DNA of 64,000 bases from Erysipelotrichaceae bacterium (GTDB taxonomy: Bacteria > Bacillota_I > Bacilli_A > Erysipelotrichales > Erysipelotrichaceae), in NCBI GenBank assembly GCA_017539025.1, contig JAFYHT010000061.1:5211-69210 (forward strand), read 5' to 3'. Made by a program: the position numbers and the translations under genes. The notes beneath the pieces were generated by a model that made no database searches, was not told the DNA's origin, and saw only the letters and a program-made list of their open reading frames with translations. Below are positions 52,636 through 61,907 of this stretch, piece after piece (position 1 is the first letter of the stretch; each line of letters opens with the position of its first letter).

Positions 52636-53624
52636 AAACCTGCCTCCTTATAGTCAAGTCCTGCCGATCTGATCGCATCATCCAGGATCCTGGCAACGAT
52701 CAGTGTCTCCTTGTTGTATTCCTGAGCCTTTTCAAGATCCATCTTCTTGAATAATCTGAGGAACTCTTTCATCTCATATTTCCAGCTGTCGAATTCTCCT
52801 CTGTCTTCCTGACAGAAGTGTTTTTCTTTGCCATCATTCATTTTAACGGTGAAATCCGCACATCTGGAACAGGTACTGTTATTTCTCAGATACCCTTTAT
52901 CTCCTTCGATCAGGCCATAGCAGTCTGCCTTGCAATCCTTGGCAGCGATACATGTCGCCTTGAAGTTTCCGTAATCCATCACCAGGACACCGGAAGTATC
53001 AACGCCCTTTTCGATGTTCGCGTGATAAGTCACCTTCTTTGGCGCACCAAAGATTCCCGTCACAAAGTGGATGTTGTAGACGTTGAGATCCATCAGAGCT
53101 CCACCTGCCAGATTCTTATCGAATGCCGGCAAGATGATGCCCTGTCTGAACTTGTCGTATCTTCTGGAATATTGCGAGAAGTTCGCAACCACCATCCTGA
53201 TCTCACCAAGTTCATCCACTGCCTTGACTGCCTTGTGATAGTAAGGATTGTGTTTTGTCACGACCGCTTCAAAAATGATCAGATCATGTTTTTTCGCATA
53301 ATCGATCAGTTTCTTGGCAGCCTTGTATGATACTGTGAACGGCTTCTCCAGTATGACGTGCTTGCCATGTTTCAGAGCCTTCATGGCATATTCATAATGA
53401 AGAGAATTAGGAAGTGCTACATAGATGGCATCGATCTGATCGTCACTTAATATCCTTTCCAGATCCGTCGTATAGTAGTCCACTTCATCCTTGAAGTTCA
53501 GAAGTTTTTCTTCATGCCTGCCCCATATCGCTCTGAGATGATATTCCTTGAACATCTTGGAAACCGTAATGAAAACAGGAACGATGAAACCTGAACCGAT
53601 GATACCGATATTGACCTTTTTCAT
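52632..53624 (-). CDS. Gfo/Idh/MocA-family oxidoreductase (paralogue A)
   Basis: The ATG at 53624 gives MKKVNIGIIGSGFI.., colinear with its neighbour. ILEKPF motif. The track start 53639 is TTG. Confidence 0.85.
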   Translation of the reverse strand: MKKVNIGIIGSGFIVPVFITVSKMFKEYHLRAIWGRHEEKLLNFKDEVDYYTTDLERILSDDQIDAIYVALPNSLHYEYAMKALKHGKHVILEKPFTVSYKAAKKLIDYAKKHDLIIFEAVVTKHNPYYHKAVKAVDELGEIRMVVANFSQYSRRYDKFRQGIILPAFDKNLAGGALMDLNVYNIHFVTGIFGAPKKVTYHANIEKGVDTSGVLVMDYGNFKATCIAAKDCKADCYGLIEGDKGYLRNNSTCSRCADFTVKMNDGKEKHFCQEDRGEFDSWKYEMKEFLRLFKKMDLEKAQEYNKETLIVARILDDAIRSAGLDYKEAGL

Positions 53625-53672
53625 ACTTTTATTGTACAACAGCTATCTGTCTCTACTGTATAATAGTCCTGT

Positions 53673-54446
53673 ATGATAAAAGCGATTTTTCTGGATTTTG
53701 ACGGAACCGTGTTCTCTCACCATACATCAAGTATCCCCGCATCAACGATAAACGCAATCAGACAGCTCAGAGAAAAAGGGATTTACTGTTTCCTTTGTAC
53801 CGGCAGAGCCTTGGGTGAGATGCATGATTTTGATCTGTCTGATTTCCCACTGGACGGCTGGATCATGTCAAACGGTCAGGTCATCCTGGATGAAAACATG
53901 AATTTCATCTATGAGAAAAAAGTCGAAGGAAAACTCAAAGATACGATCATTTCTCTGTTCAACGAGAAAAAGATGCCGATGTATGTCGTCACCAGAGAAG
54001 AATACTATATCAACTATCTCAACGAGACAGTTCTGAATATTCAATCCGTTATTTCTTCCGGTATCCCGCCGGTCAAAGAATACAAAGGAGAAGATGTCTA
54101 TATGGCGTCCGCCTTCTTCTCTTCAGAAGAAGAAAGAGAAGTCCTGAAGGAATTCGACGGGATCGCCGAGATCACCTGGTGGAATGAAGGTGCAGTTGAC
54201 ATCATTCCCAAAGGCGTTTCCAAGATCTCCGGTATCAATGAGATCCTGAAGAGATATGGCATCGACGTATCGGAAACGATGGCGATCGGTGATGGCCAGA
54301 ACGACATCCCGATGATCGAATACTGTGCCATCGGAGTTGCCATGGGAAATTCCTATGAAGAAGTCAAGAAATACGCCGACTACATCACAGACGATATCGA
54401 TGAAGATGGTTTATATAATGCATTGAAACACTATGAACTCGTGTAG
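53673..54446 (+). CDS. Cof-type HAD-IIB phosphatase
   Basis: 257 aa with FLDFDGTV ... GDGQNDIPM. Confidence 0.85.
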   Translation: MIKAIFLDFDGTVFSHHTSSIPASTINAIRQLREKGIYCFLCTGRALGEMHDFDLSDFPLDGWIMSNGQVILDENMNFIYEKKVEGKLKDTIISLFNEKKMPMYVVTREEYYINYLNETVLNIQSVISSGIPPVKEYKGEDVYMASAFFSSEEEREVLKEFDGIAEITWWNEGAVDIIPKGVSKISGINEILKRYGIDVSETMAIGDGQNDIPMIEYCAIGVAMGNSYEEVKKYADYITDDIDEDGLYNALKHYELV

Positions 54447-55035
54447 CTGGTGTCTGATATCACAGAAAATGATCGATTATCACGACAATGAATGGGGCAT
54501 CCCTGTCCATGATGATCGAAAACAATTTGAATATCTCATGATGGAAGTCATGCAATGCGGCCTGAGCTGGAAACTGATGCTTCAAAGACGTGAGACCTTC
54601 AGGCAGTGTTTTGACGACTTCGATTTTGAAAAAATCTCAACATACAATGAATCAGATATCGAAAGGATACTGAATACTCCAAACATGATCCGATCCAGAA
54701 GAAAGATCGAAGCGATCATCCATAACGCAAAGTGTTTCATCTCCATGAGAGAAAGATACGGATCTTTTTCAAAGTGGCTGTGGAGCTTTAGTGAAAACAA
54801 AACGATCATCTACGATGACCACAATGAGGGACATATCCCGGCTGCCAATCATCTTTCCGATGTTATATCCAAGCAGCTAAAAGAAGAAGGTTTCAAGTAT
54901 CTGGGATCGATCACGGTCTATGCCCATTTACATTCCTGCGGTATCATCAACGATCACCACAAAGACTGTCCGTGTTACAAGAAGATCATCAACAATTATC
55001 CTGTTATCTATAAACAATGTTTCGATGAGAGGTAA
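54433..55035 (+). CDS. tag: DNA-3-methyladenine glycosylase I
   Basis: 200 aa with C.WC......YHDNEWG.PVHDD..FE.L.E..Q.GLSW and C-terminal His/Cys zinc ligands. Confidence 0.85.
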   Translation: MNSCSWCLISQKMIDYHDNEWGIPVHDDRKQFEYLMMEVMQCGLSWKLMLQRRETFRQCFDDFDFEKISTYNESDIERILNTPNMIRSRRKIEAIIHNAKCFISMRERYGSFSKWLWSFSENKTIIYDDHNEGHIPAANHLSDVISKQLKEEGFKYLGSITVYAHLHSCGIINDHHKDCPCYKKIINNYPVIYKQCFDER

Positions 55036-55037
55036 CT

Positions 55038-56204
55038 ATGAAATATTCATTTACGAAAATCAACATCCAGGCTCCATTTCCAACCACTGCCTGCGGACAT
55101 TCCTGTCAGACAGTCTTATTGAATGAATTCCATGATCCGCTCTATGTCAGAGTCTTTTCTTTTAAAAACGATGATCTCTGGATCATCCATTATTCTTTGG
55201 ATCTATTGGCTTTCGATCTGGAACACAGAGATCTCTTAGAAGAAAAGCTCAAAGAACATTATAAAGACGATCACATCAGAGTCATCACATCGACGACTCA
55301 TACTCATTACGCAAACAGCGTCAGAGATCCAAAATACGTAGAGTACCTATTTGACCTTCTCTTAAAAGAAACGGTCAAAATGGAATACAGGGATGTTGAA
55401 GATGTCACTGCTTCCTACCAGCGGATCCATTCTACTGCAGTCGGAAAGTCCAGAATCTCCGGATATGAGACAAACAATGAGATGTTGTGCCTGATCCGTT
55501 TCTACCAAAAAGAAAACAACTTCTTCAACATCGTTACCTATAACTGTCACCCGACGATCTTAAAAGCAGAAACTCCATACTTCTCAGCGGAATACCCAGG
55601 CTATGTCCTGAAGAAACTGGAAGACACTTATCCTGAATCAGACTTCACTTTCTTCCAGGGTGCAGCTGGAGATATCTCTTCCCGCTTTGTCAGAGATGGT
55701 CAAGACTATGAGGCTCTTACAAAATTAGGAGATGCGTTATTCTCACAGATCATCTCACTGATGAATGAAGAAGCCGAAAGAAAGCCATTAAAGTTCACTT
55801 ATAAAGAAGTGCCGATCGAATATGATCACGAATTCACACCGATCGATCTCTCGAAAATCAGGTCCGATCTCTCCGAAAGAGAAATGGAAACGATCAGACT
55901 TGGACAGATCGAAAGACAAAAACTGGAAAACAAAGCCAGCGAGATCTTCTCATCGCTGATCAGAAAAGCTCTGATCGTATCGCTGGACATTGCTTGCGTG
56001 AAGTTTATCTTCTTCCCGAACGAGATCTTCTCAAAGTATATGGATTATATCGATCTGAATCATGAGATCCTGTTAAGCTATTCCAATGGCTATGGACCAT
56101 ATGTCTTACCGATCGACTTTGAATACATCACCTATGAGATGTTTACCGATACTTTGACCAGAAAGACAAAAGAAAAGATCATTGAGATCCTTCAGACGAT
56201 TTAA
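55038..56204 (+). CDS. Hypothetical protein with neutral-ceramidase-like hydrolase motifs
   Basis: 388 aa. ..HDPLYVRVFSF..LWIIHYSLDLL..VITSTTHTHYANS..YNCHPTIL..FFQGAAGDISSRF.. resembles the ceramidase N-terminal fold pattern (motif recall only). Confidence 0.45.
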   Translation: MKYSFTKINIQAPFPTTACGHSCQTVLLNEFHDPLYVRVFSFKNDDLWIIHYSLDLLAFDLEHRDLLEEKLKEHYKDDHIRVITSTTHTHYANSVRDPKYVEYLFDLLLKETVKMEYRDVEDVTASYQRIHSTAVGKSRISGYETNNEMLCLIRFYQKENNFFNIVTYNCHPTILKAETPYFSAEYPGYVLKKLEDTYPESDFTFFQGAAGDISSRFVRDGQDYEALTKLGDALFSQIISLMNEEAERKPLKFTYKEVPIEYDHEFTPIDLSKIRSDLSEREMETIRLGQIERQKLENKASEIFSSLIRKALIVSLDIACVKFIFFPNEIFSKYMDYIDLNHEILLSYSNGYGPYVLPIDFEYITYEMFTDTLTRKTKEKIIEILQTI

Positions 56205-56225
56205 AACGAGATTGCCAATCTCGTT

Positions 56226-56483
56226 TTATTTCCCTTTGGTGAAGCCTTTCTTCTCCAGCTTCTTTTCTTCTGTCTTGAGTCCCTTATCGCTTGGGATCAG
56301 TAAGACCTGACCTTCCTTGATCAGATCGACATTCTCGATCTTGTTGGCCTTGGCCAGAGCCTCGACAGTCGTATCGTTTTTCTTTGCGATCTCATTCAAA
56401 GTATCTCCCTTGACGACGGTATACTTTTTCGCAAGAGCTTCGCCTGTCTGTTTTCTTGTATTCTTGAACAGTTTCTCAGCCAT
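56226..56483 (-). CDS. LysM-domain small protein
   Basis: 85 aa with YTVVKGDTLNEIAKKNDTTVEALAKANKI.NVDLIKEGQVLLIP. Confidence 0.8.
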   Translation of the reverse strand: MAEKLFKNTRKQTGEALAKKYTVVKGDTLNEIAKKNDTTVEALAKANKIENVDLIKEGQVLLIPSDKGLKTEEKKLEKKGFTKGK

Positions 56484-56484
56484 A

Positions 56485-57018
56485 TTATTTCTCCTTCTTC
56501 ATGAACGAATTTCTGATATTTCTCATCGCATCAGGGATCGACAGAGGCTTTTCCCTGTCTTTCATCGCCTTGATGTATTTCTCATCCTTTTCCCTGATCA
56601 GTGTATACAATGCTTTGTATGCCCTGTCTGCTTCAAAGGTATCCTTGATGATCTTTGTCCCGTCTTTCAGTTTGACTTCCACGGTATCATGGCCATTGTC
56701 ATGATTCACGATCCAGCTTTCCACGTTATCAAACGGAACGAATAAGGCAGTCTTTGTTTCTCTGTCTCCATAAAACATGATGCCCTTGTCAAAGATATCC
56801 ATGACCTTGAAATCCTTGACCAGTTTCATAACAGCCACAGCCATCAGGATGAAGAAAACTCCCAGCAGTCTTGCGACCAGGTTGTTGATCAACAAGAGTA
56901 AAACTCCGATCACGATACATACGATCGGTGCTTTCTTCGGCTTGAAGCAGATCGCCTTGACGAAATTTCCTTCAGCCTTACATTCTTCAACAGGGATATA
57001 TCTGTTTTCCATATTCAT
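56485..57018 (-). CDS. Hypothetical two-TM membrane protein
   Basis: 177 aa. 1-nt gap to the LysM gene. No family recognised. Confidence 0.6.
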   Translation of the reverse strand: MNMENRYIPVEECKAEGNFVKAICFKPKKAPIVCIVIGVLLLLINNLVARLLGVFFILMAVAVMKLVKDFKVMDIFDKGIMFYGDRETKTALFVPFDNVESWIVNHDNGHDTVEVKLKDGTKIIKDTFEADRAYKALYTLIREKDEKYIKAMKDREKPLSIPDAMRNIRNSFMKKEK

Positions 57019-57023
57019 CTAGT

Positions 57024-57051
57024 AAAAAGCAGCCGGAGCTTCCGGCTGCTT
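57024..57051 (-). terminator. Rho-independent terminator after the PTS EIIB gene
   Basis: Minus strand reads AAGCAGCCGGA-agc-TCCGGCTGCTT followed by TTTTAC. Confidence 0.8.
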
Positions 57052-57068
57052 CATTCATTTTCCTATTT

Positions 57069-57554
57069 TTACAGACCGTTCTTGCTGAGCAGTTCGAGGA
57101 AGTTTTCCGTCTCATTCATGGTGGTCAGTCTGCTTGTCAGCACGCCACCTCTCATATCAGCGATCTTGCGGTAGCACTTCGCATCATCTTCGGTGACAGC
57201 AATGGACTTCGTGACCATCTTGTAAGTTGTGCCCTGAATCGGAGCAGCGTTACCTACGTTGACATCCTGAACCTCTACACCGGACTCTAAGATTGCCAAT
57301 GCATCTGAAGGGAACTTAGCGATGACGAACATCGTCTCTTCCGGATGTTCCTTTGCATACTTGATCGTCTCATCAACAGAGAATACATAAACAGTATTGC
57401 CTCTTGCAGCCATCGGTAAAGCCATCTTCTGGATCGGGTCAGCAGCTACTTTATCATTGCAGACGATGATCTTGTCTGCACCAATTGAATTCATCCAGGT
57501 TACAGCGACCTGTCCGTGAATCAGTCTGTTATCAATTCTTAAGTGTTTGATCAT
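57069..57554 (-). CDS. PTS mannose/sorbose-family EIIB component
   Basis: 161 aa starting MIKHLRIDNRLIHGQV (phospho-His motif). Confidence 0.9.
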   Translation of the reverse strand: MIKHLRIDNRLIHGQVAVTWMNSIGADKIIVCNDKVAADPIQKMALPMAARGNTVYVFSVDETIKYAKEHPEETMFVIAKFPSDALAILESGVEVQDVNVGNAAPIQGTTYKMVTKSIAVTEDDAKCYRKIADMRGGVLTSRLTTMNETENFLELLSKNGL

Positions 57555-57576
57555 AAAACGATACCTCCATAAATCA

Positions 57577-57602
57577 TTATATCACCCATTTAAGCGCTTA
57601 CA
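57577..57602 (-). promoter_or_regulatory. Promoter -10 (TGATATAAT) with an overlapping cre-like box for the EIIB gene
   Basis: Minus strand reads TGTAAGCGCTTAAA (57589-57602, one mismatch to the cre consensus), then tgggTGATATAAT, then GGAGG SD and ATG. Confidence 0.5.
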
Positions 57603-57656
57603 TCAATACTAATACCACAAATATTGATTAATTGTTCACTACGGTTGATTTCTGCC

Positions 57657-57689
57657 CAAAGAAAAACGCAGGATCATAAGACCCTGCGT
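57657..57689 (-). terminator. Rho-independent terminator between the EIID and EIIB genes
   Basis: Minus strand reads ACGCAGG-gtcttatgat-CCTGCGT followed by TTTTTCTTT. Confidence 0.75.
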
Positions 57690-57714
57690 TGATCGTTTTA
57701 CTAGCCCTTAAGGA

Positions 57715-58530
57715 TTAAGCCATCCAGCCTAATGCACCCAGAACGAATCCTACTACGAAGAGGATCAGGATGACATTCAGCGGAGACATCTTCTTATGCT
57801 TGATCAGGTAGTAGCAACCGAATGTCAGTGCCAGAGGTACCAGACATGGGAAGATTGCATCCAGAACCTGCTGTAAAGACTTAGCTTCAACAGTAGCACC
57901 GTCGATTGTCAGGTCTTTACCTAATTTGACAGGCAGTGTAGCACCGATCATAGAAGGAACGAAACCACCCATGACAGTGACACCGAGGATGTTTGCGCCA
58001 ACCTGCAGCTTGTCGATCGTACCAGCACCTGCAACGTCATTGATAACGTTAGCACCCTGCTTGTAGCCATAGTTGAATAAAGGCCATCTGAGGCAGAATA
58101 ATGCCAATACCGGAAGAGTAGAAGCAAGGATAGCACCAATTGCGTTGCCTTCTGAAGCCAGACCGGCAGCGATGATGTTGAATGGAGGAGTAACTAAGAC
58201 TGCCTGGATCGTATCACCAATACCAGCTAAAGGACCCATCAGGGCAACCTTCAGGCTGTCATGAACTTCCGGCTGTCCGCCTTCTTCAAGAGCGACACCT
58301 GCACCGGCGATCAGAGCTGATGAACCCGGGTGAGTGTTGTAGAACTGCATGTGTCTTTCAAGCTGACGGCACTGTTCTTCGTTTCCATCATATAATTCTT
58401 TGACTACAGGTACCATTGCATAAGCATATCCGGCAGCCTGCATCTTTTCATAGTTCCAGCACCACTGTAATGCCCAGTTGTGTCTGTTACATGCTTTCTT
58501 TAAAGCGGCCTGAGTTAACTTTTTAGCCAT
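57715..58530 (-). CDS. PTS mannose-family EIID component
   Basis: 271 aa with ..RHNWALQWCWNYEKMQAAGYAYAM.P... Confidence 0.9.
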   Translation of the reverse strand: MAKKLTQAALKKACNRHNWALQWCWNYEKMQAAGYAYAMVPVVKELYDGNEEQCRQLERHMQFYNTHPGSSALIAGAGVALEEGGQPEVHDSLKVALMGPLAGIGDTIQAVLVTPPFNIIAAGLASEGNAIGAILASTLPVLALFCLRWPLFNYGYKQGANVINDVAGAGTIDKLQVGANILGVTVMGGFVPSMIGATLPVKLGKDLTIDGATVEAKSLQQVLDAIFPCLVPLALTFGCYYLIKHKKMSPLNVILILFVVGFVLGALGWMA

Positions 58531-59255
58531 TATTTAACACCTCCCTGTACAAAGAAGCTGGCTGCTGCTAAACCGACTAAAGCCAGAGCGACAGTTCCCA
58601 TGCCGGCATAAGCATAGAGAACGAAGCCGATGATGAAGAACGGCCAGTACTTCTTGAGATCCATGTAGGATAACAGTAAAGCAAAACCGACAGCCGGTAA
58701 AACCTTACCAACGACTCTTAAGCCGTTTGCGATCCACTCGATGCTCGTAGCGAAGTTAGTTAATGCAACAACGTTGTCGATCAGGACCATACCTAATACG
58801 ACTGGAAGCATTCTTGATAAAGCCCAAGGAAGAACACCCATGAGAGTATATCTTTCGAACTTAGGAATGTTGTTTTCTGCTAATGCACCTTCACCTAAGT
58901 GCTGGAATACAGTAGTAGAAGCACGGCCTAAGATATCCATTTCTGACATCAGAAGAGCGATACCCTGAGCTACGACGATACCTGCATCAACATTACCTGT
59001 CTTAGCACCAACGACAGTTCCGAAAATAGAACCGGTGATGAAGTCAGGAATCGTTGCACCACCATAAGTATAGAAACCTAAGCTGTTGATCAGCATGACT
59101 GAACCGACCTGTAAGCCCATAGCGACATTACCGGTGCATAAACCAGCTAAAAGTCCTGTAATTATAGGAGTACGAACGCCTAAACCGGATAAATCCAGGA
59201 CCATAGCCACACCTGACCAAAGACCCAGAATTATACCTAACATTAAATTGCTCAT
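58530..59255 (-). CDS. PTS mannose-family EIIC component
   Basis: 241 aa from the ATG at 59255 (AGGAGG upstream). TAATG overlap with EIID. Confidence 0.9.
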   Translation of the reverse strand: MSNLMLGIILGLWSGVAMVLDLSGLGVRTPIITGLLAGLCTGNVAMGLQVGSVMLINSLGFYTYGGATIPDFITGSIFGTVVGAKTGNVDAGIVVAQGIALLMSEMDILGRASTTVFQHLGEGALAENNIPKFERYTLMGVLPWALSRMLPVVLGMVLIDNVVALTNFATSIEWIANGLRVVGKVLPAVGFALLLSYMDLKKYWPFFIIGFVLYAYAGMGTVALALVGLAAASFFVQGGVK

Positions 59256-59282
59256 ATAATTTATGAACCTCCTTATAATTTG

Positions 59283-59311
59283 ATTGTAGAACATACAAAA
59301 ATTGATTTCAA
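59283..59311 (-). promoter_or_regulatory. Promoter of the EIIC-EIID operon
   Basis: Minus strand reads TTGAAA, 17 nt, TACAAT. Confidence 0.55.
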
Positions 59312-59316
59312 CGGTT

Positions 59317-59342
59317 TTCACATAATCTTCACACAATTCACA
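59317..59342 (-). promoter_or_regulatory. Three direct repeats TTCACAYAA(T), 11- and 9-nt period, just upstream of the -35
   Basis: Plus strand reads TTCACATAATC-TTCACACAA-TTCACATATTT. This is the same unit as 51546..51562. The third copy could also act as a -35 for the divergent gene at 59388. Confidence 0.5.
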
Positions 59343-59387
59343 TATTTAATAGATAAGTGATAGAATCAAATAAAAGAGGTCACAATT

Positions 59388-59993
59388 ATGCAGTTAAAAC
59401 TATATAAAAAATCAACTCTGTTTCTCACATTCGTATTCTTTACCGAGATCGCGGCAATTGCTGCCCTGCTTCTTCTCAAGGAACAGTGGCAGCCATACAA
59501 GATCCCGGTGATCGTTGCATTCGTCTTATGCATGTTCCTTCTGACAAGCATCTATACCTATTTCGATCTCAATCAGGATAAGAAACTGATCAGAAAAGCC
59601 GTATCCAACGGCGATGTCGCACTGGCCCAGATCAAAGACGGATCCTTCGTCAGATTTGCCAGAGATGCCAAACTGAAGAATCATGTCTTCTGGAAACTGG
59701 ATGTCACGATCTATGACAATGACATGAAGAAACATGACACATCGATCATCGAAAAATTCTCACTTCACCAGACATCCATTCCGAAGGGATATGTCTATGT
59801 CACATATGTGGAAGGCAAGGAAGATGAATCGCTGATCATCCCAAACATGATCATCGCATCCATCCCGGAATATAAAGTCCTGACAGATGATTATGAAAAA
59901 GCACTCAAGCCAAAATACCTGAATGCCTATATCAACGACGGACTCATCCTGCAGACTTACGAGGATTCATTAAAAGCCCAGCAGGAAAACTGA
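59388..59993 (+). CDS. Hypothetical membrane protein (2 N-terminal TM helices + soluble domain)
   Basis: 201 aa, AGAGG SD. No family recognised. Confidence 0.65.
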   Translation: MQLKLYKKSTLFLTFVFFTEIAAIAALLLLKEQWQPYKIPVIVAFVLCMFLLTSIYTYFDLNQDKKLIRKAVSNGDVALAQIKDGSFVRFARDAKLKNHVFWKLDVTIYDNDMKKHDTSIIEKFSLHQTSIPKGYVYVTYVEGKEDESLIIPNMIIASIPEYKVLTDDYEKALKPKYLNAYINDGLILQTYEDSLKAQQEN

Positions 59994-60006
59994 AGATAAA
60001 AATACA

Positions 60007-60032
60007 AAATCGGCAGATCACTGCCGATTTTT
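60007..60032. terminator. Bidirectional Rho-independent terminator between convergent genes
   Basis: AAATCGGCAG-atca-CTGCCGATTT followed by TT. Confidence 0.8.
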
Positions 60033-60055
60033 ATATACTTTGTTTTTCTTTTTCT

Positions 60056-60964
60056 TTATCCTTTGACGACTTCCAGGATATGTTCTGCAGTCAGACCATA
60101 TTTCTTAAGGACATCATTCATCTTGCCGGACTCACCAAACACATCATTGACACCGATCGGAGTCAGCGGTGTGCAGATATCCGTCTTAGCCTTCGCCTCA
60201 GAGATCGCTGAGAACAGACCACCGATGATGGAATGTTCTTCCAATGCATAAGCTCTCTTGTGAGATCTTAACAGTTCAAGAACACCTGCTTCATCTAATG
60301 GTTTCAGGCAGGAAACATTGACGACTGTCGCATCGAGTTCATCAGCTGCCTTAACAGCTTCCTGAACCATCAGGCCCATCGCAAACAGTACGACATCGCC
60401 ATTTCCTTTTCTTAATACATCGACTTTTTCAAAATCGAATTTCGTCTCTTCATTATAGACATCATCGACCTTGCCTCTGCCCATTCTGACATAGCATGGT
60501 CCATCGATCTTGGAAACATGTTCGATCACAGCCTTTGTCTGATACTGATCACAAGGCACGAAGACTCTCATGTTAGGAATTGCGCGCATGATCGCTACAT
60601 CTTCGATCGCCTGATGAGATGCACCATCTTCGCCAACTGACAAGCCTGCGTGAGTTGCACAGACCTTGACGTTGAGTTTTGGATAAGCGATCGAGTTTCT
60701 GATGATCTCGAAAGCTCTGCCTGAAGCAAAGATCGCAAATGAGGATGCGAATACGGTCTTGCCTGAAGCTGCCAGACCTGCAGCCATACCCATCATATTG
60801 CATTCAGCAATACCTGCGTTGAAGTGTCTTTCCGGACAAGCTTTCTTGGCTTCGATCGTCTTGGTAGATTTTGTCAGGTCAGCATCCAGAACGACGATCT
60901 TCTCATCCTTCTGAATCAGTTCAGCTAATTTCTCGCCATAGGCATTTCTTGTCTCTTGTGCCAT
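60056..60964 (-). CDS. Transketolase, C-terminal (pyrimidine-binding) subunit
   Basis: 302 aa in split-transketolase arrangement, with ..FNAGIAECNMMGMAAGLA.. and ..GEDGASHQAIEDVA... Confidence 0.9.
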   Translation of the reverse strand: MAQETRNAYGEKLAELIQKDEKIVVLDADLTKSTKTIEAKKACPERHFNAGIAECNMMGMAAGLAASGKTVFASSFAIFASGRAFEIIRNSIAYPKLNVKVCATHAGLSVGEDGASHQAIEDVAIMRAIPNMRVFVPCDQYQTKAVIEHVSKIDGPCYVRMGRGKVDDVYNEETKFDFEKVDVLRKGNGDVVLFAMGLMVQEAVKAADELDATVVNVSCLKPLDEAGVLELLRSHKRAYALEEHSIIGGLFSAISEAKAKTDICTPLTPIGVNDVFGESGKMNDVLKKYGLTAEHILEVVKG

Positions 60965-60965
60965 A

Positions 60966-61781
60966 TTATCTGACCTCCTTCAAGTCTTCCATTGCGATCT
61001 TGTAGTCATCTTCCTTCGGAGCAGCACCATGCCAAGCATAGTTGTTTTCCATATAGGATACGCCCTTGCCCTTTACGGTATGAGCGATGACGACTGTCGG
61101 AACACCCTTTGTCGCTCTTGCGCTGTCGAATGCTTTCTTCAAGGATTCAAAATCATTGCCATCGCATTCAACGACAGCTGCACCAAATGCTTCAGCCTTT
61201 TCCTTTAATGGAAGAGGTCCGATGACTTCTTGCACATCGCCATCGATCTGTAAACCGTTCTGGTCAAAGATGATGCACAGATTATCCAGCTTGTAGTGGC
61301 AAGCTGCCATCATGGCTTCCCAGACGATACCTTCTTCGGATTCGCCGTCTCCGCACAATGCATAGACTCTGTTTTCGTTCTTGTCCAGCTTGTTGGCGAT
61401 CGCCATACCGACTGCACAGGAAACACCCTGGCCCAAAGAACCGGTCGACATATCTACTGCATCCAGATAAGTCATATTCGGATGGCCCTGCAGTTTTGAA
61501 TTGAGCTGACGGAAAGTAGTCAGATCCTCGTCGATCAATCCGGCTTCGTATAAAGCTGCATAGAGGCCTGGTGAACAATGTCCCTTAGACAGGACGAATC
61601 TGTCTCTGTCAGTACTTGCGGCATTGTCTTTATTCACATTCATTTCCACAAAATAAAGATACGTCAGGATATCGGCAGAACCCAAAGATCCTCCCGGATG
61701 TCCTGATTGAGCACTATAAACCATCTGCACGATATTACGACGAATATTCAGCGCATGGTTCTTCAATTCATTCACATCCAT
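60966..61781 (-). CDS. Transketolase, N-terminal (ThDP-binding) subunit
   Basis: 271 aa with SGHPGGSLG and CGDGESEEG. Confidence 0.9.
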   Translation of the reverse strand: MDVNELKNHALNIRRNIVQMVYSAQSGHPGGSLGSADILTYLYFVEMNVNKDNAASTDRDRFVLSKGHCSPGLYAALYEAGLIDEDLTTFRQLNSKLQGHPNMTYLDAVDMSTGSLGQGVSCAVGMAIANKLDKNENRVYALCGDGESEEGIVWEAMMAACHYKLDNLCIIFDQNGLQIDGDVQEVIGPLPLKEKAEAFGAAVVECDGNDFESLKKAFDSARATKGVPTVVIAHTVKGKGVSYMENNYAWHGAAPKEDDYKIAMEDLKEVR

Positions 61782-61862
61782 AAAAGAAGCCCTCCATCTC
61801 TATTATAAAACAAAGCCCTCTCATCAGGACATGTGATGAGATGAATTCAGCACATTTTCCAT

Positions 61863-61895
61863 AAGAAAAGGACTGCCCGATTTCTCAGACAGTCC
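61863..61895 (-). terminator. Weak stem-loop after the OYE-type oxidoreductase gene
   Basis: Minus strand reads GGACTG-(14 nt)-CAGTCC followed by TTTTCTT. Confidence 0.4.
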
Positions 61896-61907
61896 ATCGA
61901 TCAGAAA

